In this document: piece by piece, positions 56,550-64,000 of the stretch
Position numbering within the stretch: the stretch's first letter is position 1
Layout: each line of letters begins with the position of its first letter
DNA from: Escherichia phage PECP20
Sequence record: OQ873415.1
Reading direction: 5' to 3' (one strand)
Length of the DNA: 64,000 nt
Program-made: the position numbers and the translations under genes
Notes under the pieces: generated by a model
The model's database searches: none
What the model was told of the DNA's origin: nothing
The model's input: the letters and a program-made list of their open reading frames with translations, nothing else

Positions 56550-57476
56550 ATGTCAGGTTATAATGCACAAAACCCTAAAGAATTAAAGGATGTAATATTA
56601 CGTCGTTTAGGCGCTCCTATTGTAAATGTTGAATTAACTGCAGACCAAATTTATGATTGTATTTCACGGGCGTTAGAACTTTATGGCGAATATCATTTTG
56701 ATGGATTGAATAAAGGTTTCCACGTATTTTTTGTTGACGACGAAGAAAAATATCGTCATGGCGTATTTGATATGCGTGGTTCTAATGTATTTGCTGTAAC
56801 AAGAATTATAAGAACAAACGTTGGCTCTATTACTTCAATGGACGGTAATGCAACTTATCCTTGGTTCACTGATTTCCTTTTAGGAATGGCCGGTGTTTCT
56901 GGTGGTATGGGTAGTAATTGTGGTAAATTCTACGGTCCGAACGCTTTTGGTGCCGACCTCGGGTATTATTCTCAATTAGTATCTTATATGGGTATGCTTC
57001 AAGATATGATTGCTCCTCTTCCGGATTTTTGGTTTAACTCTGCAAACGAGCAATTAAAAGTAATGGGTAATTTTAGACAGAAAGATGTCATTATCGTTGA
57101 ATCGTATGTTCGCTCTTATATCGAGACCCATAAGATGGTAGGAAATACAGTAGGGTACGGACAGGTCGGTCCTCGTGATTCATGGTCTCTTTCTGAACGT
57201 TATGACAACCCAGACCATAATTTGGACGGACGACGAGTCGGTGAAGATCCTGCAACCAAACAAGGCGCATATAACAACCGCTGGGTTAAAGATTATGCGA
57301 CTGCATTAGCTAAAGAGCTTAATGGACAAATTCTTGCTAAACATCAAGGTATGATGTTACCTGGTGGTGTCACTGTTGATGGTGTTCGATTAATTGAAGA
57401 AGCTCGTTTAGAGAAAGAAGCTTTACGAGAAGAGTTATATTTACTAGACCCTCCTGCAGGTATTTTGGTAGGTTAA
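56550..57476 (+). CDS. 13: Neck protein gp13
   Basis: 308 aa; synteny. Confidence 0.85.
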   Translation: MSGYNAQNPKELKDVILRRLGAPIVNVELTADQIYDCISRALELYGEYHFDGLNKGFHVFFVDDEEKYRHGVFDMRGSNVFAVTRIIRTNVGSITSMDGNATYPWFTDFLLGMAGVSGGMGSNCGKFYGPNAFGADLGYYSQLVSYMGMLQDMIAPLPDFWFNSANEQLKVMGNFRQKDVIIVESYVRSYIETHKMVGNTVGYGQVGPRDSWSLSERYDNPDHNLDGRRVGEDPATKQGAYNNRWVKDYATALAKELNGQILAKHQGMMLPGGVTVDGVRLIEEARLEKEALREELYLLDPPAGILVG

Positions 57477-57477
57477 T

Positions 57478-58242
57478 ATGGCGACTTATGATAAAAATCT
57501 TTTCGCCAAACTAGAAAATCGTGGCGGGTATTCTCAGACAAATGAGACCGAAATCCTCAATCCATTTGTCAATTTTAATAACTATGAGAATAGTCAGACA
57601 TTAGCTGATGTTCTAGTGGCAGAAAGCATACAAATGCGCGGTATTGAATGTTTTTATGTTCCACGTGAATATGTTGCTGTGGATCTTATCTTTGGTGAGG
57701 ACCTTAAAAATAAATTTACTAAAGCATGGAAATTTGCTGCGTATCTGAACTCTTTTGAAGGTTATGAAGGAGCGAAATCGTTCTTCAGCAACTTCGGAAT
57801 GCAAGTTCAAGATGAAGTTACATTATCTATTAACCCGGGTCTTTTCAAACACCAGGTCAACAATCAGGAGCCTAAGGAAGGTGATTTAATATACTTCCCA
57901 ATGGACAACAGTTTGTTTGAGATTAACTGGGTTGAACCATATGACCCGTTCTATCAAGTAGGTAAAAATGCGATTCGTAAAATTACTGCAGGCAAGTTTA
58001 TTTACTCTGGCGAAGAAATCAATCCGGTGCTTCAGAAAAATGAAGGTATCAATATACCTGAATTTAGTGACTTGGAACTTAACCCTGTTAGAAATCTTGA
58101 CGGTATCCATGACATTAATATCGATGAATATTCTGAAGTTGAGCAAATCAATTCAGAGGCAAGTGAATACGTTGAACCATATGTAGTAGTTAACAACCGT
58201 GGTAGACAAAATTCACCATTTGACGATGGGTTTATGAATTAA
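57478..58242 (+). CDS. 14: Neck protein gp14
   Basis: 254 aa; synteny. Confidence 0.85.
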   Translation: MATYDKNLFAKLENRGGYSQTNETEILNPFVNFNNYENSQTLADVLVAESIQMRGIECFYVPREYVAVDLIFGEDLKNKFTKAWKFAAYLNSFEGYEGAKSFFSNFGMQVQDEVTLSINPGLFKHQVNNQEPKEGDLIYFPMDNSLFEINWVEPYDPFYQVGKNAIRKITAGKFIYSGEEINPVLQKNEGINIPEFSDLELNPVRNLDGIHDINIDEYSEVEQINSEASEYVEPYVVVNNRGRQNSPFDDGFMN

Positions 58243-58294
58243 TAAATAGATAAGATAAAGCAAACACCGGTCGAAAGGCCGGTTAGGAGAAATG

Positions 58295-59116
58295 ATGTTT
58301 GGTTATTTTTACAACTCGTCGTTCAGGCGATATATCACAATGATGGGCGATTTGTTTTCAAATATCCAAGTTAACCGTCAATTGACTACAGGCAATAAAT
58401 TAATTAGAGTTCCTATTACGTATGCATCTAAAGAGCACTTTATGATGAAACTTAATAAATGGACCTCTATAAACTCACAAGAAGATGTGGCTAAAGTCGA
58501 AACTATTCTACCACGTATAAATCTCCAAATGGTAGATTTCGTTTATAACCCGACTTTTAAAACGAATATATTGAATAACTCTCTTTTGAGTAAATCGACT
58601 AAGGATATTGTAGACCAATACAACCCATCACCAATTAAAATGATTTTTGAACTGAGCATCTTTACTCGTTACGAAGATGATATGTTCCAAATCGTTGAGC
58701 AAATTATTCCATATTTTCAGCCGCATTTTAATACGACTATGATTGAGCAATATGGGCAGGATATTCCATTTGAAAGGGATATTAAAGTCGTATGGATGGC
58801 GGCAGCAATGGATGAACAAATAGACGGTGATAATTTATCCCGTCGACGTTTAGAGTGGTCATTAACATTTGAAGTAAATGGATGGATGTATCCTCCGGTA
58901 GGCGCAGCTGAAGGCCTTATTAAAACGACTTATCTTGATTTTCATGCTAATGAACGAGACCTTCAAACAGCCGCCAGCGTTTTTGAATCAGTTGATACAG
59001 AAATTAAACCGAGAGACGTTGAAGCACAAGATTGGAATGGTGAAGTTGAACAAACTTATACTCATGATATTCCAATCCCGACTCCACCAACCCCTCCTGG
59101 TCCTAGAAAACAATAA
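58295..59116 (+). CDS. 15: Tail sheath stabiliser / tail terminator gp15
   Basis: MFGYFYNSSFRRYITMMGDLFSNIQ... near-identical to T4 gp15. Confidence 0.9.
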   Translation: MFGYFYNSSFRRYITMMGDLFSNIQVNRQLTTGNKLIRVPITYASKEHFMMKLNKWTSINSQEDVAKVETILPRINLQMVDFVYNPTFKTNILNNSLLSKSTKDIVDQYNPSPIKMIFELSIFTRYEDDMFQIVEQIIPYFQPHFNTTMIEQYGQDIPFERDIKVVWMAAAMDEQIDGDNLSRRRLEWSLTFEVNGWMYPPVGAAEGLIKTTYLDFHANERDLQTAASVFESVDTEIKPRDVEAQDWNGEVEQTYTHDIPIPTPPTPPGPRKQ

Positions 59117-59125
59117 GAGGTAAAT

Positions 59126-61441
<2,316 letters not shown>

Positions 61442-61469
61442 AAAATAAAGCAAATTAAGAGGAATTAAA

Positions 61470-63452
61470 ATGTCACTTCTCTCTCCGGGCGTTGAGCTCA
61501 AAGAAACTACCGTACAGAGTACTGTAGTTAATAACTCCACTGGTACTGCTGCTCTGGCTGGAAAATTCCAATGGGGCCCTGCATTCCAGATTAAACAAAT
61601 CACCGATGAAGTTGCATTGGTTGATATGTTTGGTACTCCTAATACGGATACAGCAGATTATTTCATGTCTGCTATGAACTTCCTTCAATACGGTAATGAC
61701 CTTCGTGTTGTACGCGCAGTTGATCGTGATACTGCTAAGAACTCATCTCCTGTAGCAGGCAATATCGAATTCACAATCTCAGCTGCAGGTAGTAACTATG
61801 CGGTTGGTGATAAAATTATCGTTAAGTATTTGTCCGAAACTGTTGAAGCAGATGGTTATGTCACTTCAGTTGATGTCGATGGTAAAATCCTTAACATTTA
61901 TATCCCAACCGGTAAAATTATTGCTCGTGCAAAAGAAATTAATGAATATCCGGCATTAGGTTCTAACTGGACCGCCGAAGTTGCCGGTTCTTCTTCTGGA
62001 CTCTCTGGCGTTATTACAATTGGTTCTATCGTAACCGATTCAGGTATTCTGTTGACTGAAGTTGAAACTTCAGAAGAAGCTATTACTTCTCTAACTTTCC
62101 AAGAATCTATTAAAAAATATGGTGTCCCAGGCGTAGTTGCTCTTTATCCTGGTGAACTTGGCGACCGGCTCGAAATTGAAATCGTATCTAAAGCAGACTA
62201 TGACAAAGGTGCTTCAGCCCAGTTAAAAATTTATCCTGATGGTGGTACTCGCGCATCTACTGCTAAAGCAATCTTTGGGTATGGCCCACAAACTGATGAC
62301 CAATATGCGATTATCGTTCGTCGTAACGATGCTGTAGTCCAGAGTGTAGTTCTTTCTACTAAACGCGGTGAACGCGATATTTATGGTAGTAATATCTTTA
62401 TTGATGATTTCTTTGCTAAAGGCGCAAGCAATTATATTTTCGCTACTGCACAAGGTTGGCCAAAAGGTTTCTCTGGTGTAATCAAACTGAGTGGTGGCTT
62501 ATCATCTAATGAAACGGTTGACGCTGGTGATTTAATGGAAGCTTGGGATTTGTTTGCGGACCGCGAATCTGTTAATGCGCAGTTGTTTATTGCCGGTTCT
62601 TGTGCAGGTGAATCTTTAGAAGTTGCTTCTACAGTTCAGAAACATGTTGTAGCAATTGGTGATTCTCGTCAAGATTGCTTGGTTCTTTGCTCACCACCAC
62701 GTGCAACTATAGTCGGTATTCCTGTTAATCGTGCAGTTGATAATCTGGTTGATTGGCGTACTGCATCAGGATCTTACACTGATAATAACTTTAATGTAAG
62801 TTCTACTTATGCTGCTATTGACGGTAACTATAAATATCAATACGACAAATATAACGATGTGAATCGTTGGGTTCCGTTAGCTGCTGATATTGCCGGTCTT
62901 TGTGCTCGCACAGACAATATTTCTCAGCCTTGGATGTCTCCGGCCGGTTATAACCGTGGACAAATTCTTAACGTTATTAAGCTTGCAATTGAAACTCGTC
63001 AACCACAACGTGATCGTTTGTATCAGGAAGCTATTAACCCTGTTACTGGTACCGGTGGTGACGGATATGTTCTGTACGGCGATAAAACTGCCACTTCCGT
63101 TCCTTCACCATTTGACCGTATTAACGTTCGTCGTTTGTTCAATATGGTTAAAACGAACATTGGTTCAGCATCTAAATATCGCCTGTTTGAATTGAACAAC
63201 GCATTTACCCGTTCTTCTTTCCGTACAGAGACTTCTCAATATCTACAGGGTATTAAAGCTCTCGGTGGTGTATATAACTTTAAAGTTGTTTGTGATACTA
63301 CCAATAACACCCCAGCAGTTATCGACCGTAATGAATTTGTAGCTACTTTCTACTTACAACCTGCCCGCTCGATAAATTATATTACGTTGAACTTTGTAGC
63401 AACAGCAACTGGTGCCGATTTCGACGAACTGATTGGTGCTGTAGGTGGTTAA
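61470..63452 (+). CDS. 18: Tail sheath protein gp18
   Basis: 660 aa; MSLLSPGVELKETTVQS... Confidence 0.95.
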   Translation: MSLLSPGVELKETTVQSTVVNNSTGTAALAGKFQWGPAFQIKQITDEVALVDMFGTPNTDTADYFMSAMNFLQYGNDLRVVRAVDRDTAKNSSPVAGNIEFTISAAGSNYAVGDKIIVKYLSETVEADGYVTSVDVDGKILNIYIPTGKIIARAKEINEYPALGSNWTAEVAGSSSGLSGVITIGSIVTDSGILLTEVETSEEAITSLTFQESIKKYGVPGVVALYPGELGDRLEIEIVSKADYDKGASAQLKIYPDGGTRASTAKAIFGYGPQTDDQYAIIVRRNDAVVQSVVLSTKRGERDIYGSNIFIDDFFAKGASNYIFATAQGWPKGFSGVIKLSGGLSSNETVDAGDLMEAWDLFADRESVNAQLFIAGSCAGESLEVASTVQKHVVAIGDSRQDCLVLCSPPRATIVGIPVNRAVDNLVDWRTASGSYTDNNFNVSSTYAAIDGNYKYQYDKYNDVNRWVPLAADIAGLCARTDNISQPWMSPAGYNRGQILNVIKLAIETRQPQRDRLYQEAINPVTGTGGDGYVLYGDKTATSVPSPFDRINVRRLFNMVKTNIGSASKYRLFELNNAFTRSSFRTETSQYLQGIKALGGVYNFKVVCDTTNNTPAVIDRNEFVATFYLQPARSINYITLNFVATATGADFDELIGAVGG

Positions 63453-63464
63453 TAAGACGCCTGA

Positions 63465-63484
63465 TGGGCTATTTCGGTAGCCCA
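63465..63484 (+). other. Hairpin TGGGCTA-TTTCGG-TAGCCCA between genes 18 and 19
   Basis: 7-bp palindrome immediately before a late promoter. Confidence 0.45.
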
Positions 63485-63492
63485 TATAAATA
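63485..63492 (+). promoter_or_regulatory. T4 late promoter TATAAATA for gene 19
   Basis: Exact octamer about 70 nt upstream of the gp19 ATG. Confidence 0.55.
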
Positions 63493-63563
63493 TACTATAT
63501 CGTTTAAAAATTAATTCTATGGGCATCTGGTTAATCCTAAGCCCATATTACTACAGAGGCTAA

Positions 63564-64000
63564 TATGTTTGTAGATGATGTAACTCGCGCCTTCGAATCT
63601 GGTGATTTCGCTCGCCCTAACCTGTTCGAAGTAGAAATCTCTTATCTTGGGCAAAACTTTAGCTTCCAGTGTCGTGCTACGGCTCTTCCTGCTGCAATTG
63701 TTGAAAAGGTTCCTGTTTCTTATATGAACCGTAAAATTAACGTGGCCGGTGATCGTACATTCGATGATTGGACTATTACAGTAATGAACGACGATGCTCA
63801 TAGTATTCGTCAGAAATTTGTTGATTGGCAAGGTATTGCAGCAGGCCAAGGTAATGAAATTACCGGTGGTAAACCTGCTGAATATAAAAAGACTGCTATC
63901 GTTCGTCAATTTGCTCGTGATGCTAAAACGGTCACTAAAGAAGTTGAAATTGTTGGCTTGTGGCCTACTAACGTTGGTGAAGTATCTCTTGACTGGGATT
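63564..64000 (+). CDS. 19: Tail tube protein gp19, N-terminal part (runs off the window)
   Basis: MFVDDVTRAFESGDFARPNLFEVEISYLGQNF... matches T4 gp19 N-terminus. Confidence 0.9.

Noticed and set aside
58241-58250. Late promoter upstream of gene 15 (TAATAAATA)
   Set aside because: It matches only 7 of 8 positions and lacks the leading T; too weak to call without transcript data.

Overview
This window reads as a contiguous segment of a T4-like (Tevenvirinae) myovirus genome, close to but not identical with coliphage T4. It has two parts. (1) Positions ~1-40,900 are an early/middle-gene region transcribed on the minus strand: gene 47, late sigma factor 55, anaerobic ribonucleotide reductase nrdD/nrdG, endonuclease VII (49), nrdC, rI, tk, regB, a GrcA-like protein, denV, lysozyme e, nudE, two tRNA genes, 57B/57A, and genes 1, 3, 2, 4, interspersed with about 60 small accessory ORFs of unknown function. 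(2) Positions ~40,900-64,000 are the late structural block on the plus strand: baseplate genes 53, 5, 5.1, 5.4, 6-12, wac, neck genes 13-15, terminase 16/17, tail sheath 18 and the start of tail tube 19. Recognisable signals include T4-type late promoters (TATAAATA), many T4-type early promoters that coincide with inverted repeats, intrinsic terminators, and the hairpin that sequesters the ribosome-binding site of gene e. Relative to T4 there is no alpha-glucosyltransferase gene between 47 and 55, no intron or homing endonuclease in nrdD, and only two tRNA genes. I see no complete, clearly novel system. The best candidates for undescribed biology are in the accessory regions: a membrane protein / nucleotidyltransferase-fold protein / small secreted peptide cluster (16.1-17.8 kb), two families of tandem small-protein paralogs with conserved C-terminal tails (27.3-32.4 kb), and three consecutive ~320-aa proteins (10.9-13.9 kb). 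All product calls come from reading the translated ORFs and from memory of T4 proteins; no database search was run. Start coordinates are approximate where the ORF track begins with a non-ATG codon.
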